DNA of 64,000 nucleotides from Ilumatobacteraceae bacterium (GCA_040402055.1 JBBANJ010000001.1:9838-73837); one strand, 5' to 3'; shown: positions 35,468 through 45,501, numbered from the stretch's first letter. Numbers and translations are program-made. The notes: generated by a model not told the origin, from the letters alone.

Positions 35468-37243
35468 ATGACTCAAAGTCAGATCACTCGGTCACGTGTG
35501 ATGCGTCGTATAGGGGCAGCAGTTGCAGCCACTATTGCGATCAGCACACTGGCCTCAACCGGAAGTCAAGCGGCATCAAAGCCAAATGCTTCCAAATACG
35601 GCGGAGAAGTAAAGGTCGGAATCTTCGACACCTTCCCCGGTTTCTGTGTTGGTAACAACCCGGCTAACTCTTCACTCATGGCTACACGTACCGTGTACGA
35701 GTCATTGTTTGAAAAAACTCGTGGCGGTGACTACATCGGTCTCCTTGCCAAGAGCGCCGTACCTTCAACCGACATGAAGACATGGACAGTTGAACTCAAG
35801 ACTGGCATCAAGTTCCACAACGGTGAAGATTTCAATGCTGCTGCAGTAGTAGCAAACATTGAAGCCGGATCAGGCCTTACCTATGTAAAGGCTTACCTCG
35901 GTGGTGGTGCTGCAGCTGCTGGAGCAAAGGCGTACCTCTTGGGTACCGCTGTTCCTTACGATGCAAACATCGTGTCAACTGTTGCCACAACACCAACAAC
36001 TGTAACTTTCACTCTTGATCGTTCACAGAATGACTTCCCAGGAACTCTGTACGCATCAGGTCGCGCATTCATGCGTGCGCCTGCACAGCTTCTTGACGCT
36101 AAGACATGTGCCGGAACTCCAATCGGAACCGGACCATTCAAAATCGTCAGCTGGTCAACAGATCAAATGATCGTTGAGAAGAATGCTTCTTACTGGCGTA
36201 CAGACCCTGTGTCTGGTGCAAAGTTGCCATACCTTGACAAGATCACGTTCAACAACGTTAAAGAAGGTTCACAGCGTGCAGCTGCAGTCCGCAAGGGCGC
36301 AGTTGATGCTGCAATGTTCTCAGGTGCTTCTGAAGGTACGTTCATCAAGGACCTGCGTAACCGCAAGTCAGTTGTTACAGAGTTCAAGTCACCATACGAG
36401 TACTACCCTTCACTCTGGTTGAACCAGGGCAAGCCAGGTTCGCCATTCAAGAACATTCACGCTCGTAATGCAGTACTTTCCTGCATCGACCGCGTGAACT
36501 ACGTGAAGGCCCGTACAAAGGGTGAGGCACAAGTTGCTACATCACTTGTAGGCAAGGCGAACCCTATGTACACCACTCGTGGTTTCCAGAAGTATGACGT
36601 TGCATATGCCAAGGCAGAAGTTGCTTTGTACAAGCAGGACACTGGCGCAACATCACTTACCTTCGCAGGACCAACTGATGTCAGCTCTACCTCAATCAGT
36701 AACGCAAAGTTCCTGCAGACAATGTGGGCAGCATGCGACATCACCTACAACTACGTAGTTGAAGAAGCCGCTGTCATTATTGCTAAAGCATTCAACGCAT
36801 CACCAAAAGTTGCAGAAGGCCAGTATTACAACGCATATGACGCCATCGGCATCCTTCTTTTTGAAGGAACTGACACAACGTTCAACCTTCCATTCTTGGT
36901 AACCAATGCGTTCCCGACTGGATCAAAGAGCCCAATGGCAGCCTTCTTCCGTGCATCTTTGGGAACAATCCTCGGATTGAACCACCACTCAGATACCACG
37001 GTTGACACAGCGTTCTACGCAGGTGAAGCAGCAGCTTCTAAAGCTGGCGCTCAGACTCAGTACCAGAACGGAACTGCAATCTTGCAGGGCCAAGCAATCA
37101 TGGGTTCTATCTTGAACTTCTACTACGACTTCTTTGCCGGAAAAACACTCGGTGGAATCGGAACACTTCAGATTGAAAAGGGCAAGTCACAGCGACTTGT
37201 TACAAACTGGGGTATTGACTGGACCGGCGTTTACAAGAAGTAA
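35468..37243 (+). CDS. ABC transporter substrate-binding protein, family 5, paralogue 2
   Basis: 591 aa, collinear with paralogue 1 (KYGGEVKVGIFDTFPGFCVGNNPANS..., ...TNWGIDWTGVYK). Confidence 0.85.
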   Translation: MTQSQITRSRVMRRIGAAVAATIAISTLASTGSQAASKPNASKYGGEVKVGIFDTFPGFCVGNNPANSSLMATRTVYESLFEKTRGGDYIGLLAKSAVPSTDMKTWTVELKTGIKFHNGEDFNAAAVVANIEAGSGLTYVKAYLGGGAAAAGAKAYLLGTAVPYDANIVSTVATTPTTVTFTLDRSQNDFPGTLYASGRAFMRAPAQLLDAKTCAGTPIGTGPFKIVSWSTDQMIVEKNASYWRTDPVSGAKLPYLDKITFNNVKEGSQRAAAVRKGAVDAAMFSGASEGTFIKDLRNRKSVVTEFKSPYEYYPSLWLNQGKPGSPFKNIHARNAVLSCIDRVNYVKARTKGEAQVATSLVGKANPMYTTRGFQKYDVAYAKAEVALYKQDTGATSLTFAGPTDVSSTSISNAKFLQTMWAACDITYNYVVEEAAVIIAKAFNASPKVAEGQYYNAYDAIGILLFEGTDTTFNLPFLVTNAFPTGSKSPMAAFFRASLGTILGLNHHSDTTVDTAFYAGEAAASKAGAQTQYQNGTAILQGQAIMGSILNFYYDFFAGKTLGGIGTLQIEKGKSQRLVTNWGIDWTGVYKK

Positions 37244-37272
37244 GCGTTTGATCTTTCGATAAAACAACTCGA

Positions 37273-37310
37273 AAGAGGCGGTGTCCGAATAGGGCACCGC
37301 CTCTTTCTTT
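37273..37310 (+). terminator. intrinsic terminator after SBP2
   Basis: Stem AAAGAGGCGGTG / CACCGCCTCTTT is followed by CTTTGTATT. Confidence 0.75.
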
Positions 37311-37345
37311 GTATTACAGTATTCAAATAATCAAAGGGGGGGTAC

Positions 37346-38305
37346 GTGGATATAGCACGTCTTTTAGTGAAGCGTTTCGTGTTGATGAGCACAGTTGTTG
37401 TCATCGCCACATTCCTGTTGTCACTTCTCATGTGGATGCTTCCGGGTGACCCGGCTCAGCTTCTAGTTCCAAACGGTACAGAAGTAGTTATCAATGTGAT
37501 CAGAAAAGAAACTGGTCTTGACCGTGGAGTGTTCGGTTACTACTGGCACTGGTTGTCAGGCATGCTCACAGGTGACTTCGGTAAGTACTACCTCAACGGT
37601 GGCTATCGCGCAGTTTCAGAAGTTCTGAAGCGTTGTCTTCCTCCTTCCTTGTTCCTTATTTTGTATGCACAAATCGTGTCCCTCGTTTTGGCTATCCCCC
37701 TTGGGCTCATTTCTGCGTACAGAGAAGGCAGTCGCTTTGATCGATATACAAGCACCATTTTGTTCACATCAGTTTCAGTACCTGGTTTTGCATTGGCTCT
37801 GATCTTGTCTTTGATTTTCGCAGTTCAGCTCGGATGGGTAGACCCAATTGGCTACGAGTCACCGTTTGGTCATCCGTGGGAACATTTCAAGTTGATGATT
37901 TTGCCAGTCACCAGCCTTGCCGTTGGACTCACGTCTTCGTACACGCGACTCTTACGTACTGACGTCATCGCCACTCTCAAGGAGGACTACGTCACTATGG
38001 CCGCGTCGAAAGGAATTTCTAATCGACGGGTTCTGTGGAAGCACGTGTTCCGCCCATCGAGCACGACGCTTCTCACTTCAGCAGCGCTGAACATGGGAGG
38101 CCTCATCGGAGGAACAATTATTGTTGAAACGATTTTTGTTATCCCTGGTATCGGTTATGAAATTGCGTACTCAATCGGCTCACGCCAAGTGATCGCAATG
38201 CAAACTCTTATCGCGCTCGTTTCGTTCGCATACGTCTTCTTCAACACCACCGTTGACTTACTCACCAACATCACTGATCCAAGAACGAGGGAACGTCGTG
38301 TCTGA
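37346..38305 (+). CDS. ABC transporter permease (DppB/OppB-like)
   Basis: 319 aa with 6 TM helices and a BPD_transp_1 pattern. The GTG start follows AAAGGGGGGG. Confidence 0.85.
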   Translation: MDIARLLVKRFVLMSTVVVIATFLLSLLMWMLPGDPAQLLVPNGTEVVINVIRKETGLDRGVFGYYWHWLSGMLTGDFGKYYLNGGYRAVSEVLKRCLPPSLFLILYAQIVSLVLAIPLGLISAYREGSRFDRYTSTILFTSVSVPGFALALILSLIFAVQLGWVDPIGYESPFGHPWEHFKLMILPVTSLAVGLTSSYTRLLRTDVIATLKEDYVTMAASKGISNRRVLWKHVFRPSSTTLLTSAALNMGGLIGGTIIVETIFVIPGIGYEIAYSIGSRQVIAMQTLIALVSFAYVFFNTTVDLLTNITDPRTRERRV

Positions 38306-39209
38306 GACATCACAACTTTCAACAACCGACAGCGTCGACACACCGGTCAAAATAGAGCGCAAGCGCAAGAGGCCAATCGGTTTTTATATTGCTGGTTCCT
38401 GGATCGCGCTGATTATCTTTTTGGCGTTTTTCGGATGGATTCTTCCAACTCCTAGTTGGGATGAATCCTTTTACGACAGCCTGGGTGTTCACCCATTCCA
38501 CCCATCGCATATTCTCGGCACCACACTTGATGGCTATGACATGTTTGCTGGTTTGGTCAATGGTGCGCGCCTATCAGTGTTCGTTTCCTTGGTATCAGTC
38601 ACGGTTGGCGGCGCTATCGGTACTTTTATCGGCGTAACGTCTGCCTATTTCCGGGGAAAGATTGACATTTTCGTCACTATGGCTTTCAACGTCATGTTGT
38701 CGATTCCGAACTTGGTTCTGTCTCTCGCACTTTTGTCGGTTCTCGCCTATTCAGACGAGAACCACCCTGCAAGCATGACTCGCCGTGTTGGTGTTTTGAT
38801 GTTGTCTCTGACAATCGTCATCATCCCGATCCTTGGCCGCATTGCACGCGGTGCAACGTTGCAATGGTCAAGTCGTGAATTCGTATTGGCGTCTAAGTCA
38901 ATGGGAACCAAGAATTTCACCATCATTCGTAAACACATTTTGCCGAACGTGGCCCCTGCAATTCTTGCTATCGGATTCCTCGCCATTGGTTCAGTCATCA
39001 TTGTTGAAGGATCACTAGCCATTCTTGGTATCGGTGTTCCTGGTGGCGCTAGTTGGGGTTCCATGCTCGCAAACGGCCGAGGCAACATTGCCTACTCCCC
39101 TTGGGAGGTTTACCTTCCAGCAGCAGCTATCGCATTTACCGTTATCTCGTGTAACTGGTTTGGCGATTATGTCCGCCTCAGCCTTGATAAGAGAGAGTCA
39201 AAGATATGA
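38298..39209 (+). CDS. ABC transporter permease (DppC/OppC-like)
   Basis: The GTG at 38298 overlaps the upstream stop by 8 nt and is preceded by GAGGGAA. It has a polytopic DppC-like pattern. Confidence 0.85.
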   Translation: MSETSQLSTTDSVDTPVKIERKRKRPIGFYIAGSWIALIIFLAFFGWILPTPSWDESFYDSLGVHPFHPSHILGTTLDGYDMFAGLVNGARLSVFVSLVSVTVGGAIGTFIGVTSAYFRGKIDIFVTMAFNVMLSIPNLVLSLALLSVLAYSDENHPASMTRRVGVLMLSLTIVIIPILGRIARGATLQWSSREFVLASKSMGTKNFTIIRKHILPNVAPAILAIGFLAIGSVIIVEGSLAILGIGVPGGASWGSMLANGRGNIAYSPWEVYLPAAAIAFTVISCNWFGDYVRLSLDKRESKI

Positions 39210-40180
39210 GTTCACTTCTTAAGATCGACGACATGTCGGTTCGTTTTGAGACACCGCGTGGCAAATTAAAAGCCGTAAACAATGTGTCAATCGAACTCCT
39301 CGCAGGTGAAAGCCTTGGAGTAGTTGGAGAATCAGGTTCAGGTAAAACTGTTCTGTCACGAGCCACAATGGGTTTACTGCCCGGCACAGCAACTCGTACG
39401 GGCACCATCACCTACGAAGGCCAGAACATCTCTGACCTTCCAAAGGACGAAGTGCGTGAGCTTTGGGGCACCGGAATGGCCATGATCTTCCAAGACCCAA
39501 TGACTGCACTTAACCCTGTACGTCGCATTGGTTCACAGCTCACAGAGAGCCTCACGGTTCGGTTGGGCATGAACAAGAAGGATGCAAAGGAAAAGGCAAT
39601 CGAGCTCTTAAAGCGAGTTCGCATCCCTGACCCAGAAGCAATGTTGCGCAAGTTTCCATACCAACTGTCGGGTGGTATGCGTCAGCGCATCATGATCGCT
39701 ATTGCAGTGTCATGTGAACCAAAGTTGTTGTTCGCTGATGAACCAACCACGGCACTCGACGTAACTGTGCAGGCACAAGTTCTTGAACTATTGACTGAAT
39801 TGCGCAAAGAAGCCAACATGGCAATGATCTTGGTTACCCACGACCTCGGCGTAGTTGCAGGCCACACAGACAAGATTGCGGTTATGTACGCAGGCGACGT
39901 TGTTGAATACGCCCCTACTCGTCAATTGTTCGCAAATATGAAGATGCCGTACACAGAGGCGTTGCTTAAATCGATTCCTCGTCTTGAGACCCCAACAGGT
40001 AGCCGTTTGCCGGTTATTGAAGGTCGTCTTCCAGACCCCACAAAGGACGAGCCTGGTTGCCCGTTTGCTAATCGTTGCCCCTACGTCACAGATAAGTGCC
40101 GCGCAGAAAAGCCGCCACTGACTGACGGTGGCAATAATCACTTTTATCGTTGTTGGTTCCCAATCGGAGGAGTTAAGTAA
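39206..40180 (+). CDS. ABC transporter ATP-binding protein (DppD/OppD-like) with a C-terminal 4-Cys motif
   Basis: Walker A GESGSGKT, signature LSGGMRQR and Walker B LLFADEPTTALD. The C-terminus has C-x5-C-x6-C-x17-C. Confidence 0.9.
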   Translation: MSSLLKIDDMSVRFETPRGKLKAVNNVSIELLAGESLGVVGESGSGKTVLSRATMGLLPGTATRTGTITYEGQNISDLPKDEVRELWGTGMAMIFQDPMTALNPVRRIGSQLTESLTVRLGMNKKDAKEKAIELLKRVRIPDPEAMLRKFPYQLSGGMRQRIMIAIAVSCEPKLLFADEPTTALDVTVQAQVLELLTELRKEANMAMILVTHDLGVVAGHTDKIAVMYAGDVVEYAPTRQLFANMKMPYTEALLKSIPRLETPTGSRLPVIEGRLPDPTKDEPGCPFANRCPYVTDKCRAEKPPLTDGGNNHFYRCWFPIGGVK

Positions 40181-41169
40181 TGGCTGGTAGCGGAAAAGCT
40201 CACATGCGCCCCGATGGGGATCGCGTTCTTACTGTTGAAGACCTCACGGTTGAATTCAAGATGAGTAAAGACAAGATTGTTAAGGCAGTCTCTGGTGTCA
40301 GTTTCGACCTTCTGCGTGGCGAGACACTTGCCATCGTTGGTGAATCTGGTTGCGGTAAGTCAACTCTTGGAAAAGCAATCTTGCAGTTGCCAAAGCCAAC
40401 GAGTGGTTCAGTCAACTTCTTGTCAACGGAACTCACCACCCTGCCTAAGAACGAATTGCGCGACATGCGTCCTGCAATGCAGATGATCTTTCAGGACCCC
40501 GTCAGTTCCCTAGACCCTCGCCTTCCAGTCAGCGAAGTTCTTGCAGAACCATTGCGTGTTTGGAACCGCGGCAACCAGGTAGAGATCGATGCAAAAATCG
40601 ATGAACTCTTGAATGCTGTCAACCTTGACCCCAAGGTTGTTCGCGACCGCCGCTCGTATGAGTTCTCTGGTGGACAGTGCCAGCGCATCAGCATCGCTCG
40701 TTCGCTTGCTTTAGACCCAACAATGATCATCTGCGATGAGCCGGTATCCGCTCTTGACGTTTCTGTCCAAGCTCAGATTCTGAACCTTCTCCAGGACATG
40801 AAAGACCGTTACGGTCTGACATTGATTTTCATTTCACACGACCTTGCAGTGGTCAAGGCCGTCAGTACTCGCGTAATGGTGATGTACCTCGGAAAAGTAT
40901 GTGAAGTCGCTCCTCCGGACGCTCTGTACCTCGACACCCGACACCACTACACGAAGGCTCTGGTGGGCTCTGTGCCCATCCCAGACCCTGACCGTGCAGT
41001 TACTAAGGGCCTCATCATGGGTGAGCCTCCATCGCCTATGAACCCACCGTCGGGCTGTCGTTTCCGTACTCGTTGTCCGGCCGCCACTGAAAAGTGCGCA
41101 GCAGAGGAACCACAACTACGTGAAATAGCAGTAGGCCATTTTGTGGCCTGCCACCACCCCATCTCATAG
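40180..41169 (+). CDS. ABC transporter ATP-binding protein (DppF/OppF-like) with a C-terminal 4-Cys motif
   Basis: Walker A GESGCGKST, signature FSGGQCQR and Walker B IICDEPVSALD. It has the same C-x5-C-x6-C-x17-C tail. The junction with the upstream gene is TAATG. Confidence 0.9.
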   Translation: MAGSGKAHMRPDGDRVLTVEDLTVEFKMSKDKIVKAVSGVSFDLLRGETLAIVGESGCGKSTLGKAILQLPKPTSGSVNFLSTELTTLPKNELRDMRPAMQMIFQDPVSSLDPRLPVSEVLAEPLRVWNRGNQVEIDAKIDELLNAVNLDPKVVRDRRSYEFSGGQCQRISIARSLALDPTMIICDEPVSALDVSVQAQILNLLQDMKDRYGLTLIFISHDLAVVKAVSTRVMVMYLGKVCEVAPPDALYLDTRHHYTKALVGSVPIPDPDRAVTKGLIMGEPPSPMNPPSGCRFRTRCPAATEKCAAEEPQLREIAVGHFVACHHPIS

Positions 41170-41174
41170 AACAC

Positions 41175-41759
41175 CTATTCGGGCCAGCCCGGAGTGTCTT
41201 GATCAAGTTCAACGCCCATGGTGTTGAGAAATCCTGAAACCAGACGGTACGTCCCTGCCACCATGACCAACTCGATGAGTTGGTCTTCTTTCCAGTCGGC
41301 AGCAAGCTTCTTCCATGTGGATTCACTGACGCAGTTGTCATTGCATAAGTCGTCTGACATTGCGATTAGCGTCTTGTCACGATCGCTCCACGGATACTCG
41401 TTCGATTTCTTCGTGAGTGCCTCTATTTCAATCAGAGATAAACCAACTCGTTGACTAATAACCGTGTGTTGTCCGAACTCATATACAGACTGACAATTCC
41501 AACCAACGCGCAAAATGACAATCTCTCGTTCACGGGCAGGCAATAACCCCTTGTTGAGAAACAAACCGGCGAAGTTGATGAACCTCTTCAACAACCTCGG
41601 ATGATGTGCAATGGTCCCAAAAATATTTAGTGGAGTCCCCGCAGGTGAGTTAATCCCTCCGCCCATTATTTCGTGCAACTCGGGAGTCAGATTGACCAAT
41701 GGCGTTATACGTGGTGACGACGGACGAAGTTTTCCATTTGGAGACAAAGAATCAGACAT
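41175..41759 (-). CDS. carboxymuconolactone decarboxylase / AhpD-like family protein
   Basis: About 194 aa, all-helical, with a CMD-like pattern (FGTIAHHPRLLKRFINFAG..., REREIVILRVGW). I preferred the ATG at 41759. Confidence 0.6.
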   Translation of the reverse strand: MSDSLSPNGKLRPSSPRITPLVNLTPELHEIMGGGINSPAGTPLNIFGTIAHHPRLLKRFINFAGLFLNKGLLPAREREIVILRVGWNCQSVYEFGQHTVISQRVGLSLIEIEALTKKSNEYPWSDRDKTLIAMSDDLCNDNCVSESTWKKLAADWKEDQLIELVMVAGTYRLVSGFLNTMGVELDQDTPGWPE

Positions 41760-41814
41760 AGCCCTATTCTGCCTCAACCTTCGATTAGCTCCGCACACGG
41801 ACTACGGTTGCACC

Positions 41815-43284
41815 ATGAGTCGTAAATTACCGTTCGAATACAAATGGGTCGTCGCTGTCATCTTCGTCCTAGGGCTCTTCATGGAAATCCTTGACACCAC
41901 AATCGTGAACGTCGCCATCCCTACTCTCGCCCATCAATTCAACATGGCAGGGGCAGGAATCGAATGGGTCGTGCTCGGGTATCTACTTTCCATTGCGGTG
42001 TGGATTCCTTCTTCAGGATGGATTGGTGACAAGTTCGGCACAAAGAAGACTTTCCTCTTTGCCCTCTTCATGTTCACTCTCGCATCTGTTCTGTGTGGCC
42101 AAGCACACAGTATTGGTGAACTCATTGGCTTCCGCATTCTGCAAGGGGTCGGTGGGGGCATGCTGACCCCCGTTGGAACGGCGATGCTGTATCGGGCGTT
42201 CCCACCCGAGGAACGCGCTCGCGCATCTACGGTTCTCATCATCCCTACAGTCGTAGCACCGGCGCTTGGGCCGATCATTGGAGGCTTGTTAATTGACAAC
42301 CTCTCATGGCGTTGGATCTTTTATGTCAATGTGCCAATTGGTCTCGCCGGATTCATCTTTGGCGCCCTGTACTTACGTGAAAGCAAGGAACCAACTGCTG
42401 GAAAGTTTGACTTCGTTGGATTCATTCTCGCTGCTGCAGGTCTTGCTTCATTTCTTTTTGCACTCTCCCAAGGCCCTGACAAGGGTTGGGCTTCAACAGA
42501 AGTCCTGGCAACGGGCATCGGTGGAATCCTCCTGCTTTTCAGCATGGTGTTTGTTGAACTTCGCGTACCGCAGCCCATGTTGTCGCTTCGTCTCTATCGC
42601 GACCGGATGTTTCGAAACTCGAACATGGTGAACACATTTTCTTACGCGAGCTTTGCGGCTTTTCTCTTCCTTCTTCCACAGTTTCTGCAGACCCTTCTTG
42701 GCTACTCTGCACTTAAATCAGGTCTAACGACATTCCCTCAAGCGGTTGGCGTGATTGTGATGAGCCAAATAGTTGGGCGCATGTACCACACCATCGGTCC
42801 TCGTCGTCTCGCAGCGATAGGACTTGTAATGGTCAGTGTGTCAAATATTCCATTTCTCTTCGTCACGCTGGGAGTTGGTCAATGGACTATCCGTGGCCTA
42901 ATGCTATTACGGGGCATCTCGATGGCCTTCTCGTTTGTACCACTACAAGCTGCTACATACGCAAACATAGATAAACCAGATACTGGTCGTGCTTCAGCAA
43001 TATTCACTACACAACGACAAGCATCGGCTGCCATTGGTGTTGCCCTCCTTTCGACCATTTTCATCTCTCGGCGTAACTTCCTTGTTGGAGCTGGACAACC
43101 TCCAACTGATCCCACACTGTTACTTGCGTACCATCAAGGAATGCTCGGCGCATTCCACTACGCATTTGCTGGAAGTATCGCTCTGTCAATTATTGGAGCC
43201 CTGTATGCATGGTTCTTTATCAAAGACATTGATGCCGAGCCAACGATGCGACCACGGCCGCGCAAAAAACGTGTGAATGCCTAA
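41815..43284 (+). CDS. MFS transporter, DHA2 (EmrB/QacA) family
   Basis: About 489 aa with a 14-TM pattern (LDTTIVNVAIPT, GDKFGTKKTFL, RILQGVGGGML). Confidence 0.85.
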   Translation: MSRKLPFEYKWVVAVIFVLGLFMEILDTTIVNVAIPTLAHQFNMAGAGIEWVVLGYLLSIAVWIPSSGWIGDKFGTKKTFLFALFMFTLASVLCGQAHSIGELIGFRILQGVGGGMLTPVGTAMLYRAFPPEERARASTVLIIPTVVAPALGPIIGGLLIDNLSWRWIFYVNVPIGLAGFIFGALYLRESKEPTAGKFDFVGFILAAAGLASFLFALSQGPDKGWASTEVLATGIGGILLLFSMVFVELRVPQPMLSLRLYRDRMFRNSNMVNTFSYASFAAFLFLLPQFLQTLLGYSALKSGLTTFPQAVGVIVMSQIVGRMYHTIGPRRLAAIGLVMVSVSNIPFLFVTLGVGQWTIRGLMLLRGISMAFSFVPLQAATYANIDKPDTGRASAIFTTQRQASAAIGVALLSTIFISRRNFLVGAGQPPTDPTLLLAYHQGMLGAFHYAFAGSIALSIIGALYAWFFIKDIDAEPTMRPRPRKKRVNA

Positions 43285-43888
43285 TCCTCAGTCGTTTACG
43301 TTTCCTGGAGAACTTCTCCCTTGCGATGGTTCAGCCATTCTGATGCCTGACTTCATTCCCCTGGAAATAGCTGATTCGCTATATCAAACTCTCCTCGATT
43401 CGACTCCGTGGGAAAACCAATCTCTCATCATGTTTGGCAAGAAGATAGCTGAGCCACGATTGTCTACATGGCACGCCGAGCCTCACCTTCCCTATACATA
43501 CTCCGGAGCTCGCCGTAACCCGTCTCCGTGGACTTCTGAATTGATTGCAATTCGGACCATGTGTGAAGACCATTTGCATCACACCTTTAATGGCGTATTG
43601 GTCAACCTATATCGCACAGGTGCTGACCATCTTGGTTGGCACTCAGATGACGAGAAGGTCAATGGACCAGAGCCCATTATCGCGTCAATCAGCCTTGGCG
43701 CGGAACGATCATTTGAACTTCGCCACAAAGAGTCTGGAGAAAGAGTCTCGACGATGCTCCCCCATGGTTCGCTACTCGTAATGTCAGGATGCAGCCAATC
43801 ACATTGGGTGCATCGCGTACCGAAGTCAACTGTGATTACAGAGCCTCGCATCAATCTCACTTTTAGACATTTGTTTGCGGAGGGCTAG
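43277..43888 (+). CDS. alkB: 2OG/Fe(II)-dependent dioxygenase AlkB
   Basis: 203 aa with WHSDDE (HxD), HWVHRVP (distal His) and RINLTFR. The start overlaps the MFS stop by 8 nt. Confidence 0.8.
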   Translation: MPNPQSFTFPGELLPCDGSAILMPDFIPLEIADSLYQTLLDSTPWENQSLIMFGKKIAEPRLSTWHAEPHLPYTYSGARRNPSPWTSELIAIRTMCEDHLHHTFNGVLVNLYRTGADHLGWHSDDEKVNGPEPIIASISLGAERSFELRHKESGERVSTMLPHGSLLVMSGCSQSHWVHRVPKSTVITEPRINLTFRHLFAEG

Positions 43889-43906
43889 AGCCCAGCACGA
43901 ATGCGC

Positions 43907-45439
43907 CTAGTTGACTTGGCGCTCAAGCCCTTCCCAATAGGGAGCGCGCAACTTAAATTTCTGCAATTTGCCAGTTGCAGTTCGGGCTAATTCGGCACGG
44001 AACTCAATACGTTTGGGGCACTTGTAACCGGCCAACTTTGTCTTCACATATTGAATGAGTTCATCATCAGTCAGTGCTGAACCCGGAGTCTTAACAACAA
44101 GTGCCAATACTGCCTCTCCCCACTTCTCATCGGGCACCCCAATTACGGCAACTTCCGACACTTCAGCATGTGAGAACACAGCGTCTTCCACTTCAATGGA
44201 TGAGACATTTTCTCCACCGGAGATGATTACATCTTTCTTGCGGTCAGCAATGGTGATGAATCCGTATTCGCCTTGTGATCCACCGTCTCCCGTGTGGAAC
44301 CAGCCATCAACAATGGCCTTCGATGTCTCTTCTGGTTGTTCCCAGTACCCAGACATCACAACACTGCCCCGTGATAGCACTTCGCCTTCGGCATCGATAC
44401 GCATCTCAACGCCCAAGGATGGTGAGCCAGCAGCACTGAGCTTCGCAGCACGTTCTGCAGGAGTAAGGGAATCCCATTCACTGCGCGTGCGATTCATTGT
44501 TAACAACGGCGAAGTCTCTGTGAGGCCATAAATCTGAATGAACTCCCACCCAAGCTCTGTCTCAATCTTCTCAATTGTCTTGGTTGGCGGAGGCGCTCCG
44601 GCAACAACCATTCGTACTTGATCACGCGAGGTGTTGGTACCCGGAACTGCAGCTGCATCAAGCACCATGTTGGCCACTGCGGGCGCTCCACAAAGAACTG
44701 TCACTCCATACTGATCAATTCGACGAAGAATCTCGGCACCGTCTACCTTGCGCAAGATGATGTGCTGACCGCCCATAGCTGTCACGGAAAACACGATGCC
44801 CCAACCATTGGCATGGAATTGAGGAAGCGTGTGCAGATATACATCTCTGTCGTTGATACCCAAATGCCAACCAAAGATTGCAGCATTGACCCATAAATTT
44901 CGATGAGTCAGCTGTACGCCCTTTGGACGTGCAGTAGTTCCACTTGTGTAGTTGATAGTTGCAGTGACATCTTCATCAGGAGTCCATGGCTTTGGCTCAA
45001 CGTCGTAGTTGTACAACACCTTGTCTGATTCCTCGCCAATAACAAACTTGTGTTTGGCATTTACATCCTTCAACGCATCTTCTAGTTCCGGATCAATGAT
45101 CAAGACTTCTGCGCCGCAATGAGAAATAATGTATGACACTTCCTCTGCAACTAACCGAAAGTTGATGGGCACAAGAACTCGTCCGTATCCACTCACACCA
45201 AAAAATGCTGTCAGCAACCGGGCCGAGTTCTGACTCACTATTGCAACACGTGCACCCTGTGGAATTCCCAACGCATCGAGAGCAGCCGCCTGAGCTCGTG
45301 CGCGACGTGCAACTTCCTTGTAGGTCAAGGTGCCCCATGAGGCTGCTGGCTGATCAGATTCATCAATAATCGCGACACGATCTCCGTACACCTGCTCGGC
45401 TCGGCGAAGATGATCCACAATGGTTAAGGCAACTTTCAT
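43907..45439 (-). CDS. acyl-CoA synthetase (AMP-forming)
   Basis: YTSGTTARPKG, YGLTETSP, GYWEQPEET, GGENVSSIEVE. The start is ATG 45439 or GTG 45490. Confidence 0.85.
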   Translation of the reverse strand: MKVALTIVDHLRRAEQVYGDRVAIIDESDQPAASWGTLTYKEVARRARAQAAALDALGIPQGARVAIVSQNSARLLTAFFGVSGYGRVLVPINFRLVAEEVSYIISHCGAEVLIIDPELEDALKDVNAKHKFVIGEESDKVLYNYDVEPKPWTPDEDVTATINYTSGTTARPKGVQLTHRNLWVNAAIFGWHLGINDRDVYLHTLPQFHANGWGIVFSVTAMGGQHIILRKVDGAEILRRIDQYGVTVLCGAPAVANMVLDAAAVPGTNTSRDQVRMVVAGAPPPTKTIEKIETELGWEFIQIYGLTETSPLLTMNRTRSEWDSLTPAERAAKLSAAGSPSLGVEMRIDAEGEVLSRGSVVMSGYWEQPEETSKAIVDGWFHTGDGGSQGEYGFITIADRKKDVIISGGENVSSIEVEDAVFSHAEVSEVAVIGVPDEKWGEAVLALVVKTPGSALTDDELIQYVKTKLAGYKCPKRIEFRAELARTATGKLQKFKLRAPYWEGLERQVN

Positions 45440-45501
45440 GCTTTCTACCGTAGGCGTTCCATCGCTGTGAATCGATACCCAAGAGGACACTTGCGCAATA
45501 A

